32,000 nt of DNA from assembly GCA_002898395.1 (NCBI GenBank), contig BEHE01000015.1, forward strand, positions 15,142-47,141, given 5' to 3'. The notes beneath the pieces were generated by a model. The model was not told the DNA's origin, ran no database searches, and was given only the letters and a program-made list of their open reading frames with translations. Both the position numbers and the translations under genes were made by a program. Below are positions 15,485 through 25,000 of the stretch, in pieces. This DNA comes from Candidatus Calditenuaceae archaeon HR02 (lineage in GTDB: Archaea; Thermoproteota; Nitrososphaeria_A; Caldarchaeales; Calditenuaceae). Numbering within the stretch: position 1 is the first letter of the stretch; the number at the start of each line of letters is the position of its first letter.

Positions 15485-16306
15485 TTGATGACACGCCACT
15501 CAATCCCGCTCTCGGCAACCATACTAGCCTTGATGCTACTCTCCACTGGGCTGTTCAGTAATTGGGCAGCCGCTCAAGAAGGGGGGACAAAAGACCTGCC
15601 ACTAGGGCTTCAGCTAACCGAGACACTACACACGATTATAGAGGAGCATAAACAGGCTATAAGGGATGCTATTCTAGAATTCAAGCTTAGGCAGGAGGGG
15701 CTGATAGAAAATAAGACAGAGCTGATAAGGAGCTTTATCGAGGAGAGGATTAACAGGACAATAGCGATAAGGGAGGCCATACGTGAGCTAAACATGCTAT
15801 ACGCCGCAGGAAACATTACTCGTGAGGAGTACCTGGCGAGGCTAAGCGAGCTGAGGAGCGAGCTAAAGGCCCTGGCAAAGTCGTCGGAGAAGCTCGGTAG
15901 ACTCCTCCAAGAATACGCATCAGAGATGAAGGAGATCGTCAAGGAGAAGGTCGAGAAGCTTAGGGAGATAAATAGGGAGTTTGGTAAGAGAGTCTCAGAG
16001 GCGGCGAAAGAGATAGGGGAGAGGGTGAAGGATGAGCTGAAAGGAATGGGGGAAGAGTCAAACTCGACGACCACAACCACTCAATCCCAGAGCGGGGAGC
16101 ATAGGGGTAGGGAGAGAGGCCATCACTCCACTAGTACAAATACAACAAATACTCAGTCGGAGGAGGCTGGAGAGCAACATAGAGGCAATGGGCATGAAAA
16201 CCGTAATAGAGGTCATGCAGAATCTACATCCACTACGACGGTCGTAAACGATGATGAGGGGAGGGGTAGGGGGGAGGGGCGTGGGCGATCTAACGGGAGA
16301 GTGTAG
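15485..16306 (+). CDS. Secreted all-helical coiled-coil protein with a Thr/His/Arg/Gly-rich low-complexity C-terminal tail
   Basis: Signal-peptide-like N-terminus (LSATILALMLLSTGLFSNWAAAQ), about 170 aa of E/K/R/L/I-rich helix, then a tail reading STTTTTQSQSGEHRGRERGHH...HRGNGHENRNRGH...GRGRGEGRGRSNGRV. Confidence 0.6.
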   Translation: MMTRHSIPLSATILALMLLSTGLFSNWAAAQEGGTKDLPLGLQLTETLHTIIEEHKQAIRDAILEFKLRQEGLIENKTELIRSFIEERINRTIAIREAIRELNMLYAAGNITREEYLARLSELRSELKALAKSSEKLGRLLQEYASEMKEIVKEKVEKLREINREFGKRVSEAAKEIGERVKDELKGMGEESNSTTTTTQSQSGEHRGRERGHHSTSTNTTNTQSEEAGEQHRGNGHENRNRGHAESTSTTTVVNDDEGRGRGEGRGRSNGRV

Positions 16307-16405
16307 GGCGAATAGCCGAATCACCCATAACCAATTGCGTGGAAACCATAATTATGTAGTAGTGGGTTAGAGGATAGTTGCGGCTGGCCTACAGGGTAGG
16401 TAGGA

Positions 16406-17275
16406 ATGCTCTGGATTATTGCGCTTGCAACGGCTCTAACACTCCCCTCCTACACCATGTATCATCTAACTATTCTCCCCGACGGCTCCGCAGGCTGGGT
16501 GATAGAGCACCGATTCCCCCTCTCCACACCCGATGAGATTGAAATATTCAAGAAAATGACTACCCATGCCGAGAACCTCACATCAGACTACAGCGCGAGG
16601 ATCGGAGCCATAGTCTCCAACGCTTCCCGAGTGCTTGGGCGGAGCATGTCGATTGAAGGCTTCAGTATAGACGTAGAGACAGTTGAGACCGTAAGCGGGA
16701 AGATGGGGCTAATCAGGATCGAGTTTACTTGGAAAGGCTTCACAAAGACCACGCCTAGTGGCGCGATCGATCTGGGTGACGTTTTCATAGGAGGCTTCTA
16801 CCTCTCCGAGGGTGAGACACTCAGAATCAAGATCCCGGCGGGATTCGAGGTGGCTGAGGCCAGACCAGCACCCACAGATAAGGGAGCAGACTATCTCGAG
16901 TGGAGGGGCAGAATGGTCTTCACAGACGGAGAGCCACGACTCTTGTTGAGACACGCCGCCGCACAACCCCAGGCACCGGCCCTACAGTGGGGCGGCCCGA
17001 CCCTACTCTATATCGCAGGCGGGGCAGCCGCCTCAATATCCGCAGCATATATCGCTTATAGCCTGCGGGGTCGGAAGAAGCCGGGGGAGAGCGAGCTTGA
17101 CATAGTAATCAGAATCATCAAGAGGCATGGCGGGGTGGTTTACCAGTCCCAGATCGTGCGGGAGAGCGGCCTATCAAAATCTACTGTCAGCACCATTCTT
17201 AAGATGTTGGAATCAGAAGGTAGGGTTATGCGGGTGAGGGAGGGGCGCGAGAACATTGTCAGGCTTACGCGCTGA
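16406..17275 (+). CDS. Membrane-tethered winged-helix (MarR/TrmB-like) regulator with an extracytoplasmic domain of about 190 aa
   Basis: N-terminal hydrophobic segment, a beta-rich outer domain, a TM helix (LLYIAGGAAASISAAYIAYSL) followed by RGRKK, then a wHTH (IVIRIIKRHGGVVYQSQIVRESGLSKSTVSTILKMLESEGRVMRV). Confidence 0.65.
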   Translation: MLWIIALATALTLPSYTMYHLTILPDGSAGWVIEHRFPLSTPDEIEIFKKMTTHAENLTSDYSARIGAIVSNASRVLGRSMSIEGFSIDVETVETVSGKMGLIRIEFTWKGFTKTTPSGAIDLGDVFIGGFYLSEGETLRIKIPAGFEVAEARPAPTDKGADYLEWRGRMVFTDGEPRLLLRHAAAQPQAPALQWGGPTLLYIAGGAAASISAAYIAYSLRGRKKPGESELDIVIRIIKRHGGVVYQSQIVRESGLSKSTVSTILKMLESEGRVMRVREGRENIVRLTR

Positions 17276-17340
17276 GAGAGGAGGGCGTCGGCGCTAGCAT
17301 TTATTCTAGAACCTCCTGCTCTGATGAGAGTGGCTGTGGG

Positions 17341-18780
17341 ATGACCTTCCGACTCGGCAGGCTGAGGGTCGAGATGCCGCGGGATATCGCCGAGTATACA
17401 TCCTCCCTGAAATTCGACCAAGAGATCTACCGCGAAGTAATAGTGATAAATGCAGTCCACCTCAAGATGCTGGCGAGGCTCGGCCACCTAAGCGGCGACA
17501 CACTAGCCAGGGGGCTTTCAGCCCTCAGGGAGGCCTATGGTAACCCGTTGGAGAAGGGGGATCCGCGACTTGAAGACGTCCACATGGTTGTTGAGGACTA
17601 TCTCGTCAAGGCTGTGCCGGAAGCCGGCGAGAACCTGGCACTCGGCAAGAGCAGGAATGACTCTGTTGCGACTGCAATAAGGATGAGGGCTAAGTCTGGG
17701 GCCTTGGCTTTGATGGAGTCGGCGATTGTGCTTGTTGAGGCCCTGCTAGTGAGGGGGGTGCGGGATGCGGAGACGGTCTACCCGGCCACAACCCACCATC
17801 AGACGGCCGCGCCCGCCACCTTCGGCTTCGCACTCACGCACTACGCCTCCAGAATATTATCGGCCCTCAACAGCCTAGTCCGGGCCTACGAGGAGCTGGA
17901 TCAATGCCCCCAAGGGGCAGTGGCCTGCAGCGGCTCCACCCTACCAATCGACAGAGAGTGGCTTGCGGAGCAGCTGGGCTTTAAGCGGGTCTTGGCGCAC
18001 GCCCTCGACGCATCCTCTAGCCGCGACTTCGCAGTCGACATCCTATCAGCGGCTCTGAAGCTCCTCATTGTTGTGTCGGACATGGCCGAGTGGCTGATAC
18101 ACGACTTCACACAGGGGCTGCTCGATATGGGTGACGAGTTCTGCTCGACCAGCAGCATAATGCCTCAGAAGAGGAACCCGGTCCTTCTCGAGGTTGCGCG
18201 AACTAAGGCGTCTGAGGCTCTGGGCGAGGTTGTCAGGGTGGCCTCTATGATTCAGAGGAGGGCTGGGGGGTATGTCCTCGACCTGCAGCAGGCGACCCCC
18301 TCTATCTGGAGGCTGCTCAGAGAGGCGGAGAGCACCGTGAGAGTGCTGTCCACGCTGGTGGGGACGCTGAGGGTTGACGCCGAGGCCGCCCTTAGGAGGT
18401 GTGGGATGGAGGCCGGGATGGTGGAGCTCGCAAACTACTTGACGTTAAAGTATGGCATCGGATTCAGGCGAGCCCACAAGGCTTGTGGCAAGATTGCGAG
18501 GATACTGGCTGAGAAAGGCCTCACAGAGGAAGCACTGCTGCGGGTGTGTGAGGAGGAGGGGATACCTGCGAAGCTCACCATAGGGGAGGTTTCCGAGATT
18601 CTAGACCCGCGAAGAATTGTCTCCAACTATGCCACGCTTGGGTCGGCGAACCCTAGCGAGGTTAAGAGAATGGTGGAGGAGATGGGGCGTAGAGTAATGG
18701 AGCTGAGGGCTTGGGTCTCTGAGAATAGGAGGATGCTTGAGGCTGTGGTGGAGAGGGCCTTTAACGCTCAGGCCCTATAG
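17341..18780 (+). CDS. argH: Argininosuccinate lyase
   Basis: GKSRNDSVATA, THHQTAAPATFG and the fumarate-lyase signature TSSIMPQKRNP. Confidence 0.9.
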   Translation: MTFRLGRLRVEMPRDIAEYTSSLKFDQEIYREVIVINAVHLKMLARLGHLSGDTLARGLSALREAYGNPLEKGDPRLEDVHMVVEDYLVKAVPEAGENLALGKSRNDSVATAIRMRAKSGALALMESAIVLVEALLVRGVRDAETVYPATTHHQTAAPATFGFALTHYASRILSALNSLVRAYEELDQCPQGAVACSGSTLPIDREWLAEQLGFKRVLAHALDASSSRDFAVDILSAALKLLIVVSDMAEWLIHDFTQGLLDMGDEFCSTSSIMPQKRNPVLLEVARTKASEALGEVVRVASMIQRRAGGYVLDLQQATPSIWRLLREAESTVRVLSTLVGTLRVDAEAALRRCGMEAGMVELANYLTLKYGIGFRRAHKACGKIARILAEKGLTEEALLRVCEEEGIPAKLTIGEVSEILDPRRIVSNYATLGSANPSEVKRMVEEMGRRVMELRAWVSENRRMLEAVVERAFNAQAL

Positions 18781-19828
18781 AGGTGGTGCTGAGGAACTCC
18801 TCTACCGCTCCGGCTATGACCTTAGCGGCTAATTCGAGTTCCGCTATACTAACCGCCTCCTCAGACGTGTGAGCGAGGAGGGAGTTGCCGGGCCCATAGG
18901 CTGCTATGTTTTGCGTGAGTCTGTAGAGGATGTTCATGTCACTTGCTCCTGTCTTCTTGAGTATCCGCGGCTTTCCACCCTGCTTGAGGATGGAGCGGGT
19001 GAGCGCCCTGACGATTGGTGAGGAGAGCCGGGTCTCTACTGGCTCCGTCAGGTCAAGCACCTCCATCCTGCAACGGTGAAGTGTTACAGCCGCCTCCACC
19101 CTCTCCAATATGGAGAAGGCCTCTATACCGGGTGGGTATCTGATATTTACTATGGCCTCGGCAGCTTCTGGGAGTTTTGTCGGCCAATCACCTGCGCGTA
19201 TCATCGTTACGGCGGATGTGGGGTTCTCGTAGCTCCTGCCAGCGAAGCTCAGTCTGATGTCCTGTATTGCATCGAGTAGCTTGTCCAGAGCTGACTCTCC
19301 CATGTACGGTGCTGAGCTGTGGCCGCCCCTAGCGGTTGCATAGATTTTGACGGTTAGGCTGCCCCTATAGCTCACTGCAATGCCGTTGCCGCCCGTGGGC
19401 TCGCCTATGATGATGCCTTCTGGTCTCAGTCCCCTGCCGAGCAGCTCATGCGCCCCCCTACCCTCACCCTCCTCGTCCACAAGCCCCGCGACAATAACGG
19501 TTGCGGCATCGGAGTCAATCTTCGCCATAGATGCGCCCACTAGCATGGCCGCCAGAGGGCCCTTAGCGTCCACAGCCCCCCTGCCATAGACCTCCGAGCC
19601 CCTAAGACCATATCCAAACTCTCCTGGGACGGTGTCGACGTGGCCAGCCAGCAAAAGGACCCTCGGACCACTCCCCCTCCTCAAGAGATAGTTCCCGGCA
19701 CCGTCTATCTCGAGTGAGTCATAGCCAAGCTTGCGGGCCAGGACGCCCATCGTCTCGGCGAGCCCCTGCTCCATACCAGTCGGAGTGTACTTGCTGAGGA
19801 GTTCCAGTAGTACCTCCTCAACCCTCAA
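18761..19828 (-). CDS. lysK: [LysW]-lysine/[LysW]-ornithine hydrolase (M20 peptidase, ArgE-like)
   Basis: GHVDTVPG, GRGAVDAKG and DEEGEGRGA metal-site motifs. It is the last gene of the lysW cluster. Confidence 0.85.
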   Translation of the reverse strand: MRVEEVLLELLSKYTPTGMEQGLAETMGVLARKLGYDSLEIDGAGNYLLRRGSGPRVLLLAGHVDTVPGEFGYGLRGSEVYGRGAVDAKGPLAAMLVGASMAKIDSDAATVIVAGLVDEEGEGRGAHELLGRGLRPEGIIIGEPTGGNGIAVSYRGSLTVKIYATARGGHSSAPYMGESALDKLLDAIQDIRLSFAGRSYENPTSAVTMIRAGDWPTKLPEAAEAIVNIRYPPGIEAFSILERVEAAVTLHRCRMEVLDLTEPVETRLSSPIVRALTRSILKQGGKPRILKKTGASDMNILYRLTQNIAAYGPGNSLLAHTSEEAVSIAELELAAKVIAGAVEEFLSTTSIGPER

Positions 19829-20991
19829 CCTCCCGCACCTCTGATAGACTGTTGAAGAACCTTTTCCAAGGCCGATATGGAGACGCTAACATCCTCTTCG
19901 TTTATCAGGTATGGAGGAAGGAACCTGACAACAATGAGCCCAGACCTGAGAGCCAACACACCTTCCCCCTGGAGCCTCGTTATCACTGGAGAGGCCTTCG
20001 CCTTAAGTTCGATTCCGATCATCAAGCCCTTACTCCTCACCTCCCTCACAATTCCTGAAAACTCGGATGCAACCTCTCTCAGCCGGGAGGCAAGAATCTC
20101 ACCCATCCTGGCTGCCGCCTCAGGGACATTCTCACATTCAAGCGCTTCAACACCTCCTACAACAGCAGCCAACGCCAAAGGATTACCCCCATGCGTAGAG
20201 CCGTGCTCACCCTCCTCCACCCCGGCCGCCACCTCTTCTGAGACAGCAACCACGCTCACTGGGAATCCACCGCCAATAGACTTACCCGCTACCATGATGT
20301 CGGGCCTGACGCCGTACTCCGTGTGGCTCCAGACGCGGCCAGTCCTGCCGAACCCCGCCTGCACCTCGTCTACTATGAGGTAGGCTCCGACCTCCCTGCA
20401 CCTCTCCTCCAAAGCCCTCATGAACTCGCGCGTAGCTATGTGTATGCCGCCCTCGCCCTGGACAGGCTCCACTATCACCGCCGAGACCCTCTCGTCAATA
20501 GTCTTAAGGGCCTCGACATTGTTGAAGGGTAGGAAGAGTGTCTCGCCCGGGAATGGGTCATAGCCCTGCCTGTATCTCTGGTTGTGGGTGACGCTGAGGG
20601 CGGCCATCGTCCTGCCATGGAAGCCTCCGGTAAAGGATGCAAAGACTTTTCTACCACTCCTCTTCCTTGCAAGCTTCAAGGCGAGCTCAACGGCCTCGCT
20701 CCCACTATTCATGAAGAATACATGTCCGAGATGGCTAGGCAGGACCCTCCCTATACTTTTCAGAGCCTCTTCAAGTATGTCCGTATCGAAGATGGGGGGC
20801 AAACAGGTTATCGATTCCAGCTGGCTCCTAAGCCTGGCAATAACGTATCTGTTCCTATGACCCAGAAAAGCCGCTCCATGACCAGTGTGAAGGTCCAGGT
20901 ATCTCCTCCCCCCGGCATCCCAGACATACTGGCCCTCAGTTCTGGAGACCTTCAGACCCCTAGGGGCAGAGAATCTCAGGAGTGCTGGCAT
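19825..20991 (-). CDS. lysJ: [LysW]-aminoadipate semialdehyde/acetylornithine-type class III aminotransferase
   Basis: GSEAVELALKLAR, DEVQAGFGRTG, and the PLP-Lys region VAGKSIGGGFP. Confidence 0.9.
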   Translation of the reverse strand: MPALLRFSAPRGLKVSRTEGQYVWDAGGRRYLDLHTGHGAAFLGHRNRYVIARLRSQLESITCLPPIFDTDILEEALKSIGRVLPSHLGHVFFMNSGSEAVELALKLARKRSGRKVFASFTGGFHGRTMAALSVTHNQRYRQGYDPFPGETLFLPFNNVEALKTIDERVSAVIVEPVQGEGGIHIATREFMRALEERCREVGAYLIVDEVQAGFGRTGRVWSHTEYGVRPDIMVAGKSIGGGFPVSVVAVSEEVAAGVEEGEHGSTHGGNPLALAAVVGGVEALECENVPEAAARMGEILASRLREVASEFSGIVREVRSKGLMIGIELKAKASPVITRLQGEGVLALRSGLIVVRFLPPYLINEEDVSVSISALEKVLQQSIRGAGG

Positions 20992-20999
20992 GGGTTCAC

Positions 21000-21848
21000 C
21001 TAGCTCCTCAATACTTGGATGGTCTTCTCGACAATCTTTCCCGCTAGATCGTAGCCTGTCACCTGCACCGTGTTCCTAAACTCGACGACGGCATTAACCT
21101 CGCTGACGAGGGTCTCACCCTCACGCGTCTCTAAGAGATCTATTCCCAAGACTCCCCCACCCATGGCGTCTCCTGCGCGAATTGCAAGGTCTACCTGCTC
21201 CTCTGTAAGGTTGGCGGGGGCGGCCTTTCCTCCGAGGGCGGTGTTTGTCTTCCAGCGCTGACTAATCCTGTAGATGGCGGTGGGGACTTCACCCCATACG
21301 TAAAAGGCCCTGATGTCGCGGCCCGGCTTCTCCACATACTGCTGGATATAATGTATCTTGAAGTGGGGAGAACTCATTGCCTCTCTGAAGTCCATTATAT
21401 CGAGAAGGTCTTCTTCACTCTTGGCCCGCGCTATCATCCTTCCCCAGCTCCCCATTATTGGCTTGATCACTACAGGGTAGCCGATCTCGCGCGCAGCCAT
21501 GAGCGCCCCCTCCCTGCTGTAGGCTATAGCTGTCCGTGGAACCCTCACCCCCCTACTCGCAAGTCTAGCCGTCGTGACAAGCTTATCCCCACTATCCCTG
21601 ATTGTCTCATACGAGTTTACGACCCGTATGCCTCGCGACTCGAGTATCGCGGTGGTGGCGAGGGCCCTGTAATGGCTGACACACCTCTGGAAGACAAAAT
21701 CGACGTCATCGTGTCTACTGTCAGCGCCAAGGAAGTCTATCTTTTCCGGTATGAAGACTAGTCTAAGTCCTTGTCCACGGTTCCTAATAGCCTCTATCAG
21801 CATCCTCTCCTCGTGCCGCAGCAGGTCGTAGACTAAGCCAATTATCAC
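21000..21848 (-). CDS. lysX: ATP-grasp ligase, alpha-aminoadipate--LysW ligase (RimK/LysX family)
   Basis: GYPVVIKPIMGSWGR and YIQQYVEKPGRDIRAF are close to my recollection of Thermus LysX. The gene lies immediately downstream of lysW. Confidence 0.8.
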   Translation of the reverse strand: MIIGLVYDLLRHEERMLIEAIRNRGQGLRLVFIPEKIDFLGADSRHDDVDFVFQRCVSHYRALATTAILESRGIRVVNSYETIRDSGDKLVTTARLASRGVRVPRTAIAYSREGALMAAREIGYPVVIKPIMGSWGRMIARAKSEEDLLDIMDFREAMSSPHFKIHYIQQYVEKPGRDIRAFYVWGEVPTAIYRISQRWKTNTALGGKAAPANLTEEQVDLAIRAGDAMGGGVLGIDLLETREGETLVSEVNAVVEFRNTVQVTGYDLAGKIVEKTIQVLRS

Positions 21849-21852
21849 TACT

Positions 21853-22035
21853 CTACTCTCCCCAGTCCTCCCCCACTTCCTCGGCCAACCTCAACGTCTT
21901 GGACCCGTTGCTCGTGACTAGTTCGAGTTGGGCTCCACACTCCTCGTGCTCAAAAAGCTCTCCGTCGAGGGCGTCATCCGGGATTTTGACGTCGCCGAAG
22001 CAGACGGGACACTTGAGTTCCGGCAATAGGCTCAC
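21853..22035 (-). CDS. lysW: Amino-group carrier protein LysW
   Basis: A 60-aa ORF with a CPVC...HEEC zinc ribbon and the diagnostic acidic C-terminus EEVGEDWGE*. GTG start. Confidence 0.9.
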   Translation of the reverse strand: MSLLPELKCPVCFGDVKIPDDALDGELFEHEECGAQLELVTSNGSKTLRLAEEVGEDWGE

Positions 22036-22063
22036 CTATTCCGTACCTAAACCACACGAATTC

Positions 22064-22076
22064 TTATTGATAAACG
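22064..22076 (-). promoter_or_regulatory. TATA-like element (GTTTATCAATAAG on the - strand) for an internal lysW promoter
   Basis: It sits in the 107-bp gap between lysZ and lysW, centred about 35 nt upstream of GTG 22035. Confidence 0.4.
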
Positions 22077-22142
22077 TATCTCGAGTGCCGTAACTCGTAT
22101 TTCCCTGGTCGGATATAGTATTCTCAAAGTCTTTACACGGTG

Positions 22143-22955
22143 TCAAGTACCGACGACCGTACCCCTGCCGGCTAACGCCGCTGTAAGAGGGTTCTCGCCA
22201 AGCCCACTAGCTATCACGACCCTCCTCACACCACCCAGCACCGCCTCGGCGGCCAGCGCGAGCTTCCTGTTCATCCCTGGGCCAATCTTCATAGACAGTT
22301 CAGACGCCTCACTGGGGGAGATTCTATCCACAACCTTTCCATCCACTATTACGCCCTCGACGTCGCTGAGAAAGACAAGCATATCCGCGCCCACTCCTCG
22401 AGCGATCCATGAGGCGGCCTGGTCGCCATCGACGTTCAGAATCTCCCCCTCTGTTCCGAGCGCTAGGGGGGCTATTACTGGGAGATACCCTGCCTGGAGT
22501 ATCTGGGCTATTAGGAATGCATTTACCGTCTTTATGCTTCCCGTATAACCTCCAGGGATTATCCTCTTCCTTCCCCGCTCATCCACGATGATTATCTTCT
22601 TCTTCCTCTCAGCTACGAGTAATCCACCATCGACGCCTGAGAGCCCAACTGCTTTACCGCCATACCGCTGTACAGCCGAGACTATCTCCTTGTTTATCTT
22701 CCCGGCCATCGCCATCACATAGACCTCCAGCTCTCTCTCATCTGTGTATCTGCTCCGGATTCCCGAGGGCGACATGACTATGGTTGGCGTCACTCCAAGC
22801 CTCTTAGAGTACTCTGTCACTATGTCTCCTCCCCCGTGGACGAAGACTATTCCTTGGCCACTGCTGCGGGCTAGGCTCTTAGCGATGTTCTCCATGTTGC
22901 TCTGGAGGACCCGGCCACCAGCCTTAACAACAGTCACCAAACCGCGCCCCTTCAC
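22143..22955 (-). CDS. lysZ: [LysW]-aminoadipate/[LysW]-glutamate kinase (acetylglutamate kinase family)
   Basis: VVKAGGRVL, VFVHGGG, and amino-acid-kinase fold motifs (NVDGDQAA). Confidence 0.9.
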   Translation of the reverse strand: MKGRGLVTVVKAGGRVLQSNMENIAKSLARSSGQGIVFVHGGGDIVTEYSKRLGVTPTIVMSPSGIRSRYTDERELEVYVMAMAGKINKEIVSAVQRYGGKAVGLSGVDGGLLVAERKKKIIIVDERGRKRIIPGGYTGSIKTVNAFLIAQILQAGYLPVIAPLALGTEGEILNVDGDQAASWIARGVGADMLVFLSDVEGVIVDGKVVDRISPSEASELSMKIGPGMNRKLALAAEAVLGGVRRVVIASGLGENPLTAALAGRGTVVGT

Positions 22956-22965
22956 CCCAATTTCC

Positions 22966-24021
22966 TCACACAGGGCTTATGGGCAGCATGTTTAACCCCT
23001 CCCTCTCGTCCATACCCAACATGATATTCATGCACTGGACCGCCTGACCTGCTGCCCCCTTCATCAAGTTGTCGATCGCGGCGAACAGGGCTGCCCGCCG
23101 CCTGGAGAGCTCGACCGCGAAGCCTATGTCGCAGAAGTTGCTTCCAATCACGTATTTCGGGTCGGGATACTTGACTGGGCCGGAGCGGACTATGCGTATG
23201 AAGGGCTCCTTCCCGTAGTGTCTTGCATATGCCCTCCATATGGTGGTCTCGTCGAGGGAGTCTGAGAGCCAGACATGAGCCGTCGCCAGTGCACCCCTAA
23301 CGTTTCCGACAGCATGGGGGACCATGGCTATCTGGAGCCTTTTGCCGCAGAGGAGCGAAAGCTCCTGCTCGACCTCCGCTACGTGCCTATGCCCCTCTGC
23401 CTCATATGGTCTGATTACGTTGGCCCTCTCAGGGTGGTGGCTTCCCTGGCTGGGCTGCCTCCCCGCCTCACTGCTCCCTACCTTGACGTCCACGGCTATG
23501 TGCTCCACATCTATCAACCCCTCCCTCAAGGCAGGGGCCAGAGCAAGTATGGCGGCTGTAGCGTTACAGCCCGGGCAGGCCACAACCCTAGCGTTCCTAA
23601 TCTCATCCCTGTGGATCTCGGGTAGACCATAGACACTCTCTGCCAACAGCTCCGGGTCTCCATGCGTAAACCCATACCATTCCTCATAGAGCCTAGGATC
23701 TCTAAGCCTGAAGTCAGGGCTTAAGTCCACAACCCTAACACCGGCCTCAACCAGCCGCCTAGCCATTGTGTGCGACACACCCGCGGGGACGCTGAGAAAG
23801 ACCAGCTCGGCCTCCGAGACGATCTTCTCCATGTTGAGTTCGGAGAACTTCATCGTGCCCAGAACTGAGCGGAGGTTTAGGTGAATAGCTGCTACAGGTT
23901 TCCCTGCATACTCGCGCGAGGTAGCTGCAACGACCTCTACACGTGGGTGCATTGCTAGGAGTCTTAAGGCCTCGCCACCAGTATAGCCGCTCGCACCTAT
24001 AATAGCAATCCTAGTGGTCAC
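22966..24021 (-). CDS. lysY: [LysW]-aminoadipyl/glutamyl-phosphate reductase (ArgC family)
   Basis: IIGASGYTGGEALRLL NAD(P) loop and the active-site ACPGCNATA. Confidence 0.9.
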   Translation of the reverse strand: MTTRIAIIGASGYTGGEALRLLAMHPRVEVVAATSREYAGKPVAAIHLNLRSVLGTMKFSELNMEKIVSEAELVFLSVPAGVSHTMARRLVEAGVRVVDLSPDFRLRDPRLYEEWYGFTHGDPELLAESVYGLPEIHRDEIRNARVVACPGCNATAAILALAPALREGLIDVEHIAVDVKVGSSEAGRQPSQGSHHPERANVIRPYEAEGHRHVAEVEQELSLLCGKRLQIAMVPHAVGNVRGALATAHVWLSDSLDETTIWRAYARHYGKEPFIRIVRSGPVKYPDPKYVIGSNFCDIGFAVELSRRRAALFAAIDNLMKGAAGQAVQCMNIMLGMDEREGLNMLPISPV

Positions 24022-24863
24022 CGCCTCATCACCGAGACTATATACTTCGCAAGCTCGTCCGCAACACTTATCCCAGTCGCCTCCATGAAACCCTTAAACT
24101 CTGGCACACCGTTCACTTCGTTCAGATAGAGTTGGCCGCTTTTCTTGTCCTCGAGGATGTCGATCGATATGAACTCGCCCCCAATAATCTTGGCCGCCTG
24201 GAGGCTTAGCTCGGCTATCTCACCATTAACCTTGATCGGTTCAGTCTTTCCTCCGAGCGCTACATTGGCCCGCCACTCGTCCCTAGCGCTCTTCCTGACA
24301 ACAGCGCCAATCACCTCGCCACCTATCACTATTGTCCTGATGTCCCGCCCATCACTCTCTATATACTCCTGCACGATGTGGGTCCTCAACTGTTGGCTCT
24401 GCATCATCTGCCTGTGCTCTAAGACGCTCCTCCAAGTACTTTTATCCCTCACGAGAGTTACGAGCCTACCCCAGCTCCCGATGGGGGGCTTATCAACGAA
24501 GGGCTTGGGGAAACGCCTATACGCTACTTCCGCAGACTCTGTGCCCAATACAACCATGCTCCGAGGAATCCTAAGCCCATGAGCCTTCAGCCTGCTCAGG
24601 GTTAGAATCTTGTCGCCGCAGAGCATGAGTGCTGTGGAGCTGTTTATAGCGGTTGCGCCGGCAGCCTCCCTGATGGCGGCAGAGTAGAGGGCCTTCTGCA
24701 TTGAGACAACCCTGACTAGGGCGACCTCTGCAGCCGCCTCGCCTATTAGCAGTGGCATAGTGTTGACGTTAGTGAGTTTGACCTCTACTCCCCTCTGCCT
24801 GAAGCTCTCTATCATCAGCTTCTCTTCAAGCCGCGGCATATCGTACAGCAGCTCCACCTCCAT
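24018..24863 (-). CDS. argX: Second ATP-grasp RimK/LysX-family ligase, probably glutamate--LysW ligase
   Basis: The ATP-grasp motifs (PIGSWGR, VQEYIESDGRDIRT, NEVNGVPEF) are more divergent from LysX than in the 21000..21848 copy. The ArgX assignment rests on position and divergence only. Confidence 0.7.
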   Translation of the reverse strand: MEVELLYDMPRLEEKLMIESFRQRGVEVKLTNVNTMPLLIGEAAAEVALVRVVSMQKALYSAAIREAAGATAINSSTALMLCGDKILTLSRLKAHGLRIPRSMVVLGTESAEVAYRRFPKPFVDKPPIGSWGRLVTLVRDKSTWRSVLEHRQMMQSQQLRTHIVQEYIESDGRDIRTIVIGGEVIGAVVRKSARDEWRANVALGGKTEPIKVNGEIAELSLQAAKIIGGEFISIDILEDKKSGQLYLNEVNGVPEFKGFMEATGISVADELAKYIVSVMRR

Positions 24864-25000
24864 TCCCTCTTCTACACCCTCCCCGTCTAGATCATCCCTC
24901 CGCTAATGCGTGATAATGAGCCTGAATAAAAACCCATACTAAAACTTAAGAAAATTAAGAATACTGTCACAATTACTAAAGAATCTACAGACACGTCCAC

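Noticed and set aside
15610-16080. 156-aa - strand ORF
   Set aside because: It is the Ser/Leu/Phe-rich mirror image of the Glu/Lys/Arg-rich coiled-coil gene on the + strand.
19852-21003. Several + strand ORFs (68-168 aa) across lysJ
   Set aside because: All are antisense or off-frame relative to a clear class III aminotransferase.
23275-23632. Two + strand ORFs (116 and 102 aa), plus the 95-aa - ORF 22952..23239
   Set aside because: They overlap lysY (ArgC family), either antisense or out of frame, and show no motifs.
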